Source: Thalassovita sp. (GTDB lineage: Bacteria; Pseudomonadota; Alphaproteobacteria; Rhodobacterales; Rhodobacteraceae). Taken from it: a DNA stretch of 64,000 nt. The position numbers and the translations under genes were made by a program. The notes below the pieces were generated by a model that had not been told where the DNA came from, ran no database searches, and worked only from the letters and a program-made list of their open reading frames with translations. The stretch is from positions 114,601 to 178,600 of the forward strand of contig NZ_JAXMOH010000006.1 of the NCBI RefSeq assembly GCF_034670005.1, given 5' to 3'. Below are positions 28,967 to 39,573 of the stretch, one piece after another. Numbering within the stretch: the stretch's first letter is position 1; every line of letters begins with the position of its first letter.

Positions 28967-30859
28967 TTACGCCGTGGCATAGCCGATGGTCTGCAGCGCA
29001 TCCTTGATTTCATCCAGGATCGCCGGGTCGTCGATGGTGGCGGGCAGTTTGAAATCCTTGCCGTCGGCGATCGAAACCATGGTGCCGCGCAGGATCTTGC
29101 CCGACCGGGTTTTCGGCAGCCGGTCCACCACCAGGGCCAGCTTGAACGCAGCAACCGGGCCGATCTTTTCCCGCACCAGCTTGACCACTTCCTTGATCAC
29201 CTCTTCGTGTGGACGGTTCGACCCGGCGTTGAGGCACAGGAAACCGACCGGAAGCTGTCCCTTCAGGTCGTCGCTTACGCCGATCACGGCGCATTCGGCA
29301 ACATCCGGGTGGCTGGCCAGCACTTCTTCCATGCCGCCCGTCGAAAGCCGGTGGCCGGCCACATTGATCACGTCATCGGTGCGCGCCATGATGTAGAGGT
29401 AGCCGTCTTCGTCTTTGTAGCCGGCATCGCCGGTTTCATAGTGGCCTGGGAAACTGTTCAGGTAGGATTTGCGGAACCGGTCTTCGGCATTCCACAGCGT
29501 TGGCAAAGTGCCCGGTGGCAGCGGCAGCGGGGTCACGATCGCACCCAGTTCGCCCGGCGGCAATTCCTTGCCGCCATCGTCGAGGATCTTCATGTCATAT
29601 CCGGGCATCGCCACACCGGGCGACCCCAGTTTGACATCCATCAGCTCGATCCCAACCGGGTTGGCTACCGCAGGATAGCCCAGCTCGGTCTGCCACCAGT
29701 GGTCGATCACCGGCACGCCTAGCTGATCCTGCGCCCAGACGATGGTGTCCGGATCGGCACGTTCACCAGCCAGGTAGACCGTTTGCAGGCAGCTGAGATC
29801 GTACTTGCCGATGAACTCGCCCTTGGGGTCTTCGCGCTTCACGGCACGAAACGCTGTGGGGGCTGTGAAGAAGCTTTTGACTTTATGTTCGGAAATCACC
29901 CGCCAGAATGTACCGGCATCGGGGGTGCCGACCGGCTTGCCTTCGAACACGATGGTGGTGTTGCCGTGGATCAGAGGGCCATAGCAAATATAGCTGTGCC
30001 CGACGACCCAGCCCACATCGGAGGCCGCCCAGAAAACATCGCCCGGATCGACATTGTAGACGTTTTTCATCGTCCAGTTCAGCGCGACCAGATGGCCCGC
30101 GGTGGGGCGGATGACCCCCTTGGGTTGCCCGGTGGTTCCAGAGGTGTAGAGGATATAGGCGGGATGATCGCCCTCGACCGGCACGCAATCGGCCGGATCA
30201 GTGCCATACTGGAAGCCGTGCCAGTTGTAATCGCGGCCCTCTACCAATTCGGCCACTTCGTTTTCGCGCTGGAAAATCACGGTGAAGTCGGGCTTGTGTT
30301 CGGCCAGATCGATCGCCTCGTCGAGCAGAGGTTTGTAATGCACCACGCGGCCCGGTTCGATGCCGCAAGAGGCAGCGATGATGCATTTCGGGGTGGCGTC
30401 GTCGATCCTGACTGCCAATTCGTTGCTGGCGAAGCCACCAAAGACCACCGAATGGATCGCGCCCAGACGGGAACAGGCCAGCATCGCTTCCAGCGCTTCG
30501 GGGATCATCGGCATGTAGATGATGACGCGATCGCCTTTTTCGATCCCCTTGGCACGCAGAGCACCGGCAAGGCTTGCTACGCGATTGCGCAGCTCGACAT
30601 AGGTGATCCATTTTTTCGATCCCGTGACCGGGCTGTCATGGATGATGGCGACCTGATCACCACGACCGTTTTCAACATGACGGTCGACCGCGTTCCAGCA
30701 GGTGTTGACCCGGGTGTCCTTGAACCATTCGTAGAGAGGGGCATTTTCATCTGACAGCGCCTTGGTTGGTGCCTTGTCCCAGTCGATCTCTTGCGCGGCT
30801 TCGAGCCAGAACGCATCGGGATCCTTCTGCCAGCCTTGGTAAACGTCTTTATACGACAT
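28967..30859 (-). CDS. prpE: propionate--CoA ligase (acetyl/propionyl-CoA synthetase family)
   Basis: MSYKDVYQGWQKDPDAFWLEAA...; AMP-binding YTSGTTGQPKG; GGAGGAGG RBS. Start at internal ATG 30859. Confidence 0.85.
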   Translation of the reverse strand: MSYKDVYQGWQKDPDAFWLEAAQEIDWDKAPTKALSDENAPLYEWFKDTRVNTCWNAVDRHVENGRGDQVAIIHDSPVTGSKKWITYVELRNRVASLAGALRAKGIEKGDRVIIYMPMIPEALEAMLACSRLGAIHSVVFGGFASNELAVRIDDATPKCIIAASCGIEPGRVVHYKPLLDEAIDLAEHKPDFTVIFQRENEVAELVEGRDYNWHGFQYGTDPADCVPVEGDHPAYILYTSGTTGQPKGVIRPTAGHLVALNWTMKNVYNVDPGDVFWAASDVGWVVGHSYICYGPLIHGNTTIVFEGKPVGTPDAGTFWRVISEHKVKSFFTAPTAFRAVKREDPKGEFIGKYDLSCLQTVYLAGERADPDTIVWAQDQLGVPVIDHWWQTELGYPAVANPVGIELMDVKLGSPGVAMPGYDMKILDDGGKELPPGELGAIVTPLPLPPGTLPTLWNAEDRFRKSYLNSFPGHYETGDAGYKDEDGYLYIMARTDDVINVAGHRLSTGGMEEVLASHPDVAECAVIGVSDDLKGQLPVGFLCLNAGSNRPHEEVIKEVVKLVREKIGPVAAFKLALVVDRLPKTRSGKILRGTMVSIADGKDFKLPATIDDPAILDEIKDALQTIGYATA

Positions 30860-30956
30860 CACGTGCCTCCTCCTGAAGTGTTGCAACAGGTGTATCGGAG
30901 CGGTCAGATTCTTCGCAAGCGCGTTACCGGTCACAGCGACCGTTTTACGCAGAAAA

Positions 30957-31045
30957 TTTGCAGAATTGGCGAAATTCGCTTAGCAAAGTTTGCAAACCAT
31001 TGCAAAATATACCGAAAAACGGGGCGATATAGTCAAATTTGCAAA
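30957..31045. promoter_or_regulatory. cluster of five TTTGCAAA-type palindromic boxes upstream of prpE
   Basis: TTTGCAgA 30957-30964, TTaGCAAA 30980-30987, TTTGCAAA 30989-30996, aTTGCAAA 30999-31006, TTTGCAAA 31038-31045. Confidence 0.6.
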
Positions 31046-31090
31046 ATTAGCAGACTCGGTCGGGCGTCTGGTCGCCCGACCTTGTGTCGG

Positions 31091-33370
31091 TCAACCGTAA
31101 TGCGCCACCGGGGTTCCGGCGATGGCAGCCATGTTCAGCAACCCGCGCGCTGTGATCGAAGGGGCCACGATATGGGCGCGGTTGCCCATACCCATCAGGA
31201 TCGGCCCGACCTCCAATCCGTTCGCACGCATTTTCAGGATGTTGCGCACACCCGAGGCCGCGTCGGCATGGGCAAAGACCAAAACATTGGCAGCCCCCTG
31301 CAGCCGCGAATTGGGGAAGATCCGGTGGCACAAGTCCGGGTCCAGCGCCGATTCCACGTTCATTTCGCCCTCATAGGTGAAATCGCGCGGTCTGCTGTCC
31401 AGGATCGACAGCGCCTCGCGCAGGCGTTTGCCCGACCCTTCGCTGTGATTGCCGAATTGCGATTGCGAACACAGCGCGACCTTGGGGTCCAGCCCGAACC
31501 GACGCACATGGCGGGCAGCACCTTCGGCGATCCGTGCGATGTTGTCCGGGCTGGGCAGTTCATGCACTTGGGTATCGGCGATGAAAAGCGGCCCGTCTTC
31601 GAGGATCATCAGCGATAGCGCCCCATGCGGCGACAGGGCGTCACTGCCGAGAATCTGGGTGATGTAATTCAGGTGCCAGCGGTATTCGCCAAAGGTGCCG
31701 CAGATCAGGCTGTCCGCATCGCCCCGATGGACCGCCACCGCGCCAATTGCGGTGGTGTTGGTGCGCATGATCGCTTTGGCCAGATCCGGGGTAACGCCCC
31801 GACGCTGCATCAATTCGTGATAGGATTGCCAGTATTCGCGGTAGCGGGAATCACTTTCAGGGTTCACTACTTCGAAATCGCGATCCGGGCGGATGGTCAA
31901 ACCGGCGCGTTCGCAGCGGCTTTCGATGACCTCGGGGCGACCGATCAGGATCGGGGTTTCGGTGGTTTCCTCGAGCACTGCCTGGGCGGTGCGCAGCACC
32001 CGTTCATCTTCGCCCTCGGCAAAAACGATGCGGCGCGACGCGGCACGGGCGGCTTCGAATACCGGCCGCATCAGCAGGGCGGATTTGAACACTGACTGGT
32101 GCAGCCGGTGTTTGTAGGCGTCCAGATCGTAGATCGGTTTTGTGGCGACGCCGCTGTCCATCGCCGCCTTGGCAACCGACGCGGACACCACGCCCACCAG
32201 ACGCGGATCGAAGGGTTTCGGGATCAGGTAGTCGGCACCGAAGGTCAGCTGTTCACCCTTATAGGCTTCGGCAGCTTCGGCGCTGGTGGTGGCGCGGGCC
32301 AGTTCGGCAATACCCGCGACGCAGGCCAGCGACATGTCGTCGTTGATTTCGGTGGCGCCGACATCCAGCGCACCGCGAAAGATGAAAGGGAAACACAGGA
32401 CGTTATTGACCTGATTGGGAAAATCCGACCGGCCGGTGGCGATGATTGCATCAGGGGCGACCGCACGGACATCGTCCGGCATGATTTCAGGGGTCGGATT
32501 GGCCAGCGCAAAGACGATCGGTCGTTTGGTCATCTTGGCGACCATTTCGGGCGTCAGCACACCGGGGCCGGACAGGCCGAGGAACATATCGGCCGCCTCG
32601 ATCACGTCATCCAGGGTGCGTTTGTCGCTCGACTGGGCAAAGTTCGCTTTCTGCGGCGTCATGTCCTCGGTGCGGCTCTGATAGACCAGCCCGTGAATGT
32701 CGCAAAGCCAGACATTTTCCCGTTTCACCCCCAGCTTCAGCAGCATGTTCAGGCAGGCGATCCCCGCCGCGCCGCCCCCGGTGGAAACGATCTTGATATC
32801 CTCGAAGCGTTTGCCCGCCACTCTGAGCGCGTTGGTGGCGGCAGCCCCGACCACGATGGCGGTGCCGTGCTGATCGTCGTGGAAAACGGGGATGTTCATT
32901 CGTTCGCGGCAAAGCTTTTCGACGATAAAGCAATCGGGGGCTTTGATGTCTTCGAGGTTGATTGCGCCAAACGTGGGCCCCAGAGCGCAGACGATATCGG
33001 CCAGTTTTTCCGGGTCGGGTTCGTCCACTTCGATGTCGAAACAGTCGATATTGGCGAATTTCTTGAACAGGACCGCCTTGCCTTCCATCACCGGTTTCGA
33101 GGCCAGCGCGCCGATATTGCCCAGCCCCAGCACGGCGGTGCCGTTCGACACAACTGCTACCAGATTGCCGCGCGCGGTGTAGCGGCTGGCATTGGTTGGG
33201 TCTGCCTTGATTTCCAGACAGGCTTCGGCCACGCCGGGACTGTAGGCAAGGCTGAGATCGCGGCCATTGGCCAGAGGTTTTGTCGCGCGGACCTCAAGCT
33301 TACCCGGTTTGGGAAATTCGTGATAAGCAAGCGCCGACTGACGCAGCGATGGGTTCTGATTATCGGTCAT
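31091..33370 (-). CDS. maeB: NADP-dependent malic enzyme (malic enzyme plus PTA-like domain)
   Basis: 759 aa. N-terminal malic-enzyme domain ([22 protein letters not shown]) and a C-terminal phosphotransacetylase-like domain. Confidence 0.93.
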   Translation of the reverse strand: MTDNQNPSLRQSALAYHEFPKPGKLEVRATKPLANGRDLSLAYSPGVAEACLEIKADPTNASRYTARGNLVAVVSNGTAVLGLGNIGALASKPVMEGKAVLFKKFANIDCFDIEVDEPDPEKLADIVCALGPTFGAINLEDIKAPDCFIVEKLCRERMNIPVFHDDQHGTAIVVGAAATNALRVAGKRFEDIKIVSTGGGAAGIACLNMLLKLGVKRENVWLCDIHGLVYQSRTEDMTPQKANFAQSSDKRTLDDVIEAADMFLGLSGPGVLTPEMVAKMTKRPIVFALANPTPEIMPDDVRAVAPDAIIATGRSDFPNQVNNVLCFPFIFRGALDVGATEINDDMSLACVAGIAELARATTSAEAAEAYKGEQLTFGADYLIPKPFDPRLVGVVSASVAKAAMDSGVATKPIYDLDAYKHRLHQSVFKSALLMRPVFEAARAASRRIVFAEGEDERVLRTAQAVLEETTETPILIGRPEVIESRCERAGLTIRPDRDFEVVNPESDSRYREYWQSYHELMQRRGVTPDLAKAIMRTNTTAIGAVAVHRGDADSLICGTFGEYRWHLNYITQILGSDALSPHGALSLMILEDGPLFIADTQVHELPSPDNIARIAEGAARHVRRFGLDPKVALCSQSQFGNHSEGSGKRLREALSILDSRPRDFTYEGEMNVESALDPDLCHRIFPNSRLQGAANVLVFAHADAASGVRNILKMRANGLEVGPILMGMGNRAHIVAPSITARGLLNMAAIAGTPVAHYG

Positions 33371-33552
33371 GGGGCTCCTCCGGTCCGGTTAGTTTAGTGT
33401 TAAACTATTATTTTGCAGGATGAAACCCGTTGTTTTTAGGTTGTTGGCAGGCTGATGCTTGCAAATGGTGGCGCGTCAGGCCAGAGTTTTCCAAACGGTC
33501 AAAAGGGTCTGCGGGCCGAAACCGGTTTGCATAACGTTCAGGAGGTATCGGA

Positions 33553-33945
33553 ATGTCATTGCTGGATGCGGCGCGAGATGTGCGCGAACGGGCTTATGCA
33601 CCTTATTCGAATTTCAAGGTCGGCGCGGCGGTGCGGTCGAAATCGGGAACGATTTTCCAGGGTTGCAACGTGGAAAATGCCGCCTATCCCGAAGGGACCT
33701 GTGCCGAAGCGGGCGCTATCGCGGCGATGATCGCATCCGGCGAAACCGAGCTGGTCGAGGTCTGCGTGATCGCGGATGCAGAGACCCCTGTGACCCCCTG
33801 TGGCGGGTGTCGTCAGAAGCTGGCGGAATTTGGCAAGGGAGAGGTGACTGTGCGCATGGCGACGCTTGACGGACCGGAAATGACCATGACACTGGCCGAG
33901 CTGCTGCCCGGAGCCTTCCACAAAAGCCAGATGGATCGGAGCTGA
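33553..33945 (+). CDS. cdd: cytidine deaminase
   Basis: CAEAGA zinc site and PCGGCRQ motif; 130 aa. Confidence 0.9.
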   Translation: MSLLDAARDVRERAYAPYSNFKVGAAVRSKSGTIFQGCNVENAAYPEGTCAEAGAIAAMIASGETELVEVCVIADAETPVTPCGGCRQKLAEFGKGEVTVRMATLDGPEMTMTLAELLPGAFHKSQMDRS

Positions 33946-33950
33946 GAGCC

Positions 33951-35255
33951 ATGGATGCCCGTGCTATCATCGTCAAAGTCCGCGACCGTCAGCCGGTCAC
34001 GCAGGAAGAACTGAACTGGTTCGCGCAAGGTCTGGCGGATCATGGCGTCAGTGACGCGCAGGCTGGGGCTTTTGCGATGGCCGCGCTGCTGAATGGGCTG
34101 GGGGAAAAAGGCAGGGTCGAGCTGACCCTTGCGATGCGCGATTCCGGCGATGTGATGCGCTGGGAAATGGACAAGCCGGTGCTGGACAAACATTCCACTG
34201 GCGGGGTCGGCGATTGTGTCAGCCTGATACTCGCTCCGGCGCTGGCGATGTGCGGGGCCTATGTGCCGATGATTTCGGGGCGCGGGTTGGGCCATACCGG
34301 CGGCACGCTGGACAAGCTGGAAGCGATCCCGGGCTATCGCACCGACCTCGACGAGACACAGTTTCGCAAAGTGGTGGGGCAGGTGGGTTGTGCCATTGTT
34401 TCAGCCAGCGGCGATATCGCCCCGGCGGACAAACGGCTTTATGCGGTGCGCGATATCAGCGGTACAGTCGAAAGCCTTGATCTGATCACCGCATCGATTC
34501 TGTCCAAGAAGCTGGCCGCCGGTCTGGAAGGGCTGGTGCTGGATGTGAAGGTCGGCACCGGCGCGTTCATGAAAAATGCCGAGGATGCACGCGCCTTGGC
34601 GCAGGCTTTGGTCAGTACCGCCAATGCTGCGGGATGTCAGACCTCGGCCCTGATCACCGATATGAACCAACCGCTGGCCCCCGATTTGGGCAATGCGCTC
34701 GAAGTGGCAAGCTCGATGCGGGTTCTGACCGGACAGGTTCAGGGCCGCTTGCTGGATTTGACGGCGCAACTGGGTGGGGTGGCGTTGGCCAATGCCGGAC
34801 TGGCCGGGGATGCCGAGGCTGGGGCGGAACAGATCGCCAAGGTTGTCGCCGATGGCAGCGCGGCAGACTGTTTCGGCCGTATGGTAGCGGCGCAGGGCGG
34901 GCCGGTGCAATTCGTCGAAAATTGGCAGCGGTTCCTTCCCGAAGCTCCGGTGATCCGTGAAGTGGTTACTACGAAGGATGGATATATTTCTGCAATGGAC
35001 GGTCAGGCACTGGGGCTGGCCGTGGTCGGGCTGGGCGGCGGACGTCAGGTGGAAAGCGATGTGGTGGACCCGGCGGTGGGCATATCCGATATGCTGCCCC
35101 TCGGCACCAAGGTGCAGAAAGGCCAGCCTCTGGCGCGGATTCATGCCGCGCGTGAAGAGGCGGCGGATGTCGCCTGTAAATCCGTGCTGGGGGCTGTAAC
35201 CCTGTCGTCCAAGGCCCCCGAGCTGCCGCCGCTTGTGCATGAAAGGATTGGCTGA
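33951..35255 (+). CDS. deoA: thymidine phosphorylase
   Basis: DKHSTGGVGD and SGRGLGHTGGTLDKLE motifs. Confidence 0.92.
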   Translation: MDARAIIVKVRDRQPVTQEELNWFAQGLADHGVSDAQAGAFAMAALLNGLGEKGRVELTLAMRDSGDVMRWEMDKPVLDKHSTGGVGDCVSLILAPALAMCGAYVPMISGRGLGHTGGTLDKLEAIPGYRTDLDETQFRKVVGQVGCAIVSASGDIAPADKRLYAVRDISGTVESLDLITASILSKKLAAGLEGLVLDVKVGTGAFMKNAEDARALAQALVSTANAAGCQTSALITDMNQPLAPDLGNALEVASSMRVLTGQVQGRLLDLTAQLGGVALANAGLAGDAEAGAEQIAKVVADGSAADCFGRMVAAQGGPVQFVENWQRFLPEAPVIREVVTTKDGYISAMDGQALGLAVVGLGGGRQVESDVVDPAVGISDMLPLGTKVQKGQPLARIHAAREEAADVACKSVLGAVTLSSKAPELPPLVHERIG

Positions 35256-36469
35256 TGGCGCGCGCCTTCCTGATCGTGATCGACAGCGTCGGCATTGGCG
35301 GTGCGCCGGACGCTGACAAGTTCTTCAATGGCGACCGGCCCGATACCGGGGCGAATACGGTCGGCCATATCGCCCGCGCCTGTGCGGCAGGGCAGGCCGA
35401 AGAGGGTCGCAGCGGGCCATTGCATCTGCCCACGCTTGACGCTTTGGGGCTCGGGGCGGCGGTCAAGCTGGCCTCGGGCGAAGTGGCCCCGGGGTTGGGG
35501 GCTGACCACCCCAAAGGCCGCTGGGGTGCGGCGAGCGAAGTCAGCCGGGGCAAGGACACGCCCTCGGGCCATTGGGAACTGGCAGGTGTGCCGGTGCCAT
35601 GGGATTGGCATTATTTCCCCGATACCAAACCAACCTTCCCGCCCGACCTTTCGGCGCGGGTGGCCGAACTGGCGGGAACCGAAGGCATCCTGGGCGATTG
35701 CCACGCCTCGGGCACCCAGATCATCGCGGAGCTGGGGGCCGAGCATATCCGCTCCGGTTGGCCGATCTGCTACACTTCGGCTGATAGCGTGTTGCAGATC
35801 GCAGCGCATGAGGCCCATTTCGGGCTCGACCGTTTGCTGAAGCTTTGTCAGGGCATCGCGCCGATGGTTCATCAGATGAAGGTGGGCCGTGTTATCGCGC
35901 GGCCCTTCATCGGCACGGTTGAGGACGGGTTCACCCGCACCGCCAACAGGCATGATTATGCAATTTCCCCGCCCGCCCCGACGCTGTGCGACTGGGTGCA
36001 GGGGGCTGGCCGCCACGTCTATGCCATTGGCAAGATCGGTGACATTTTTTCGATGCAGGGCATCGACGAGGTCCGCAAGGGTGCCGATGCGCAGTTGATG
36101 ATCCATCTGAACGATCTGGTGAACGGGGCCGCAGAGGGTAGCCTGACCTTTGCCAATTTCGTCGAATTCGACAGCCTGTATGGTCATCGACGGGACATTT
36201 CGGGCTATGCGCGGGCACTGGAATGGTTCGACGCGGAACTGGGAAAAATTCTGCCGCGTCTGCGGCCTGACGATATGGTGCTGATCACCGCCGATCATGG
36301 TAACGATCCCAGCTGGAGCGGCACCGATCACACCCGCGAACGGGTGCCGGTGCTGATTGCGGGCAAAGGCGCAGGCAGCTGTGGATTGGTCAATTTTGTC
36401 GACATCGCGGCCAGCGTGGCCGCTCATCTGGATGTTCCCGCGCAAGGGCAGGGGCGGAGTTTTTTATGA
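35255..36469 (+). CDS. deoB: phosphopentomutase
   Basis: MARAFLIVIDSVGIGGAPDA...; TADHGNDP motif; ATG overlaps the deoA TGA. Confidence 0.92.
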   Translation: MARAFLIVIDSVGIGGAPDADKFFNGDRPDTGANTVGHIARACAAGQAEEGRSGPLHLPTLDALGLGAAVKLASGEVAPGLGADHPKGRWGAASEVSRGKDTPSGHWELAGVPVPWDWHYFPDTKPTFPPDLSARVAELAGTEGILGDCHASGTQIIAELGAEHIRSGWPICYTSADSVLQIAAHEAHFGLDRLLKLCQGIAPMVHQMKVGRVIARPFIGTVEDGFTRTANRHDYAISPPAPTLCDWVQGAGRHVYAIGKIGDIFSMQGIDEVRKGADAQLMIHLNDLVNGAAEGSLTFANFVEFDSLYGHRRDISGYARALEWFDAELGKILPRLRPDDMVLITADHGNDPSWSGTDHTRERVPVLIAGKGAGSCGLVNFVDIAASVAAHLDVPAQGQGRSFL

Positions 36470-37455
36470 GTTGGAAAGCGTTTCCCAAGGTTGAATTGCA
36501 CCTGCATCTCGAAGGTGCAGCGCCGCCTGCCTTCGTACGCGGACTGGCGCAGGAAAAAAGCATTAATCTGGATGGGGTGTTCGACGAGAGGGGCAATTAT
36601 GCCTATCGTGATTTCACCCATTTTTTGCAGGTTTATGAGGCCGCGACACAGGTGTTGAAAACGCCCGAGGATTACCGCCGCCTGACCTTTGCGGTTCTGG
36701 AACAATGCGCCGAAAACGGTGTGATCTATGCCGAAAGCTTCCTCAGCCCCGATTTCTGCGGTGGCCGCGACGTGATCGCGTGGAAGGAATATCTGCACGC
36801 AATGCAGGAAGCCGCCGATCAGGCCGAGGCGCAGATGGGCATCACCCTGCGCGGGATCGCCACTTGCATTCGTCATTTCGGCCCGGACAAGGCGCGTGAA
36901 ACCGCGATCTGCGCAGCCGAAACCGCTGGGGACTGGATTACCGGCTTCGGTATGGGTGGCGACGAAGGTGTAGGCAAACAGGGCGATTTCGCCTGGGCTT
37001 TCGATTGCGCCCGCGAAGCAGGATTGCGGCTGACCACGCATGCCGGGGAATTCGGTGGGCCGGATTCGGTGCGGCAGGCGGTGCAGGATCTGAAGGTCGA
37101 ACGGATCGGTCACGGCGTGCGTTCGATAGAGGACCCGGCGCTGGTCGATATTTTGGCCGAAACCGGTGTCGTGCTGGAAGTCTGCCCCGGTTCGAACGTC
37201 GCGTTGGGACTATATCCCAACTATGGTGCCCATCCCATCGCGCGGCTGCGGGAAGCGGGGGTCAAAGTGACGGTGTCGACCGACGACCCGCCCTTTTTCA
37301 ATACCACCATGACGCGGGAATTCGAAGAACTGGAACGTGCTTTCCGCTGGGGAACAGAGGATTTTACCGCACTGAATGCGATTGCCATCGACGCGGCCTT
37401 CTGCGACGAACATACCCGCACTGGCATCAAGCAAAAACTGGAGCAAGCCGCATGA
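36466..37455 (+). CDS. add: adenosine deaminase
   Basis: [11 protein letters not shown] metal site, TTHAGE, SVSTDDP; start overlaps the deoB stop. Confidence 0.92.
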   Translation: MSWKAFPKVELHLHLEGAAPPAFVRGLAQEKSINLDGVFDERGNYAYRDFTHFLQVYEAATQVLKTPEDYRRLTFAVLEQCAENGVIYAESFLSPDFCGGRDVIAWKEYLHAMQEAADQAEAQMGITLRGIATCIRHFGPDKARETAICAAETAGDWITGFGMGGDEGVGKQGDFAWAFDCAREAGLRLTTHAGEFGGPDSVRQAVQDLKVERIGHGVRSIEDPALVDILAETGVVLEVCPGSNVALGLYPNYGAHPIARLREAGVKVTVSTDDPPFFNTTMTREFEELERAFRWGTEDFTALNAIAIDAAFCDEHTRTGIKQKLEQAA

Positions 37456-38084
37456 CCGAGCATCTGACCATCGTGACCCACCCCTTGGTGCAGCATAAAC
37501 TGACCCTGATGCGCGACAAGAAGGCTTCGACCGGGGAATTCCGACGCCTGCTGCGCGAAATCAGCCAGTTGCTGGCTTATGAAATCACCCGCGATCTGGA
37601 ACTGACCACGCGCGGGATCGAAACCCCGATGCAGGAAATGGAAGCACCGGTGCTCAAGGGCAAGAAGCTGGCGCTGATATCAATCCTGCGGGCCGGAAAC
37701 GGGTTGCTGGACGGTGTTTTGGAACTGATCCCTTCGGCCCGGGTCGGGTTTGTCGGCCTTTACCGAGACGAGGAAACGCTGCAACCGGTGCAATATTATT
37801 TCAAGGTTCCCGAAGGGTTGGAGGATCGTCATCTGATCGTCGTTGATCCGATGCTGGCGACTGGCAATTCATCGGTCGCTGCGGTGGATCTGCTGAAGAA
37901 GGCCGGTGCCAATAACATCAGCTTCATGTGTCTGCTGGCCGCCCCCGAAGGCGTGGCCCGGATGAAGGAAGCACACCCCGATGTTCCGATCGTCACAGCG
38001 TCTCTGGACGAGCGGCTGAATGAAAAGGGCTATATCCTTCCGGGACTAGGGGATGCGGGCGACCGCATGTTTGGCACAAAATAG
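37452..38084 (+). CDS. upp: uracil phosphoribosyltransferase
   Basis: [13 protein letters not shown]..., PRPP site [27 protein letters not shown] at 37452 overlaps the add stop. Confidence 0.93.
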   Translation: MTEHLTIVTHPLVQHKLTLMRDKKASTGEFRRLLREISQLLAYEITRDLELTTRGIETPMQEMEAPVLKGKKLALISILRAGNGLLDGVLELIPSARVGFVGLYRDEETLQPVQYYFKVPEGLEDRHLIVVDPMLATGNSSVAAVDLLKKAGANNISFMCLLAAPEGVARMKEAHPDVPIVTASLDERLNEKGYILPGLGDAGDRMFGTK

Positions 38085-38152
38085 GCTGTCATTAGCTTTA
38101 CTCAGGGAAACAATTCGTGCACAGTGCCTCTACATTTCGTGTGGGGGCACAG

Positions 38153-39520
38153 ATGAAGTTTATCACAGCAGCCGCAAGCGCCGTTATCGCTTTTTCGATG
38201 GGGTTAGGCATGGTTCAGGCCGCCACCCTGCGGGGGGCAGACGAACCGGCGGAATTTCCACCGGCCAGCTATAAAGGCAGCCAATATGTTGATAGCCGGG
38301 GCTGCGTCTATATCCGCGCCGGGATCGATGGCAATGTAACTTGGGTGCCGCGGGTGACCCGCGGGCGTGAACATCTTTGCAATGCCAAGCCGACCTTTGC
38401 CCAACCTGTCACGGCGAAATTGCCGGTGATTGCCGATGGGCCCGAGACCAGCGCGCCCAAGGCGGCGCCGCAAGTGGCGGTCAAGCCGCGCAAAGTGGTT
38501 CAGGCCCCGGCGGCGAAACCCGCGCCGCGGACGGTGCGCAAACCGATGACCACGATCGCGTCGATCTTTACGCCGCCCAAGATGATCAAGCCGGTACAGC
38601 CTGCGCCGAAAGTGCGCGTGGTGAAAGCAAAACCGGCCCCGAAACCGGCCCCGAAACCGGCCCCGGCGACGATGGAAACAGCCTGTGCAGGGGCGTCGGC
38701 GGTCAGTCAGAAATATCTCAAAGGGTCGGGTGTGCGTTGCGGTCCGCAGGCGGAATCGCCAGTGTCTTACGCATCGGGAAACAATGGCCAACGCCGGACC
38801 ATTGCGCCCGCACCGGTTGTGCCGGCCTATGCCCGCACCACACAGGTACGCCCGTCCGCCCCGGCGGCATCGGCGCAGGTGTCTACGGTGTCGCCCAACG
38901 CCCGTATCGTGCCCCGTCATGTCTATGAACAACAGCAAAACGCCAAGCTGTCCAACCCGATTCCCAAAGGGTATCGGCAGGTTTGGGACGATGATCGTCT
39001 GAACCCCTACCGGGCGCATCAGACCCGGGCCGGGCAGGCGCAGATGGCGTTGGTCTGGACCGATACGATCCCGCGTCAATTGGTCGATCGCGCGACCGGG
39101 CGGAACGTGACCCGAATGAATCCGGGACTGCGTTATCCGTTCACCGATCTGACCACGCAGACTCAGACCTTGGCGCAGATTGAACGCGATAAGGCCAGTG
39201 GCCGCACAGCCGGGGTGATGTCGACCAAGTCCCGCGCCCCGGTGAAATCGATGCCCGCCAAACCCGCGCGCAAACCGGTCGTACAGGCCAGCGGTCAGAG
39301 CTTTGTTCAGGTCGGCATGTTCGGTGTGCCGTCGAACGCTCAGAAAACAGCCCTGCGGCTGAAACAATCCGGTCTGCCGGTTCGGATCTGGAGCGCCAAT
39401 CGCAAAGGCAAAGCCTATCAGATCGTGGTGGCGGGTCCGTTCCCGTCCAATTCCGGGGCGCAACAGGCCCTTGGCACAGTCCGCAAGTCCGGATTTAGCG
39501 ACGCATTCCTGCGCCGCTGA
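38153..39520 (+). CDS. SPOR-domain protein (proline/alanine-rich, secreted)
   Basis: Signal peptide MKFITAAASAVIAFSMGLGMVQA. C-terminal SPOR-like FVQVGMFGVPSNAQKTALRLKQSGLPVRI...YQIVVAGPF. Confidence 0.8.
   Translation: MKFITAAASAVIAFSMGLGMVQAATLRGADEPAEFPPASYKGSQYVDSRGCVYIRAGIDGNVTWVPRVTRGREHLCNAKPTFAQPVTAKLPVIADGPETSAPKAAPQVAVKPRKVVQAPAAKPAPRTVRKPMTTIASIFTPPKMIKPVQPAPKVRVVKAKPAPKPAPKPAPATMETACAGASAVSQKYLKGSGVRCGPQAESPVSYASGNNGQRRTIAPAPVVPAYARTTQVRPSAPAASAQVSTVSPNARIVPRHVYEQQQNAKLSNPIPKGYRQVWDDDRLNPYRAHQTRAGQAQMALVWTDTIPRQLVDRATGRNVTRMNPGLRYPFTDLTTQTQTLAQIERDKASGRTAGVMSTKSRAPVKSMPAKPARKPVVQASGQSFVQVGMFGVPSNAQKTALRLKQSGLPVRIWSANRKGKAYQIVVAGPFPSNSGAQQALGTVRKSGFSDAFLRR
38630..38665 (+). repeat. 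3 x 12-bp tandem repeat AAACCGGCCCCG (encodes KPAP x3) inside the SPOR gene
   Basis: Read directly from the sequence; an in-frame coding low-complexity repeat. Confidence 0.9.
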
Positions 39521-39544
39521 CATCCCGAACAGCTAAGAATGATG

Positions 39545-39573
39545 GACCCCTGCCATATCGGTGGGGGTCTTTT
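39545..39573 (+). terminator. intrinsic terminator after the SPOR gene
   Basis: GACCCC-N13-GGGGTC followed by TTTT. Confidence 0.6.

Noticed and set aside
38630-38665. Tandem 12-bp repeats considered as a possible CRISPR or VNTR-like array.
   Set aside because: There are only three contiguous units with no spacers. They are in frame inside the SPOR-protein gene and encode KPAPKPAPKPAP, a low-complexity linker.
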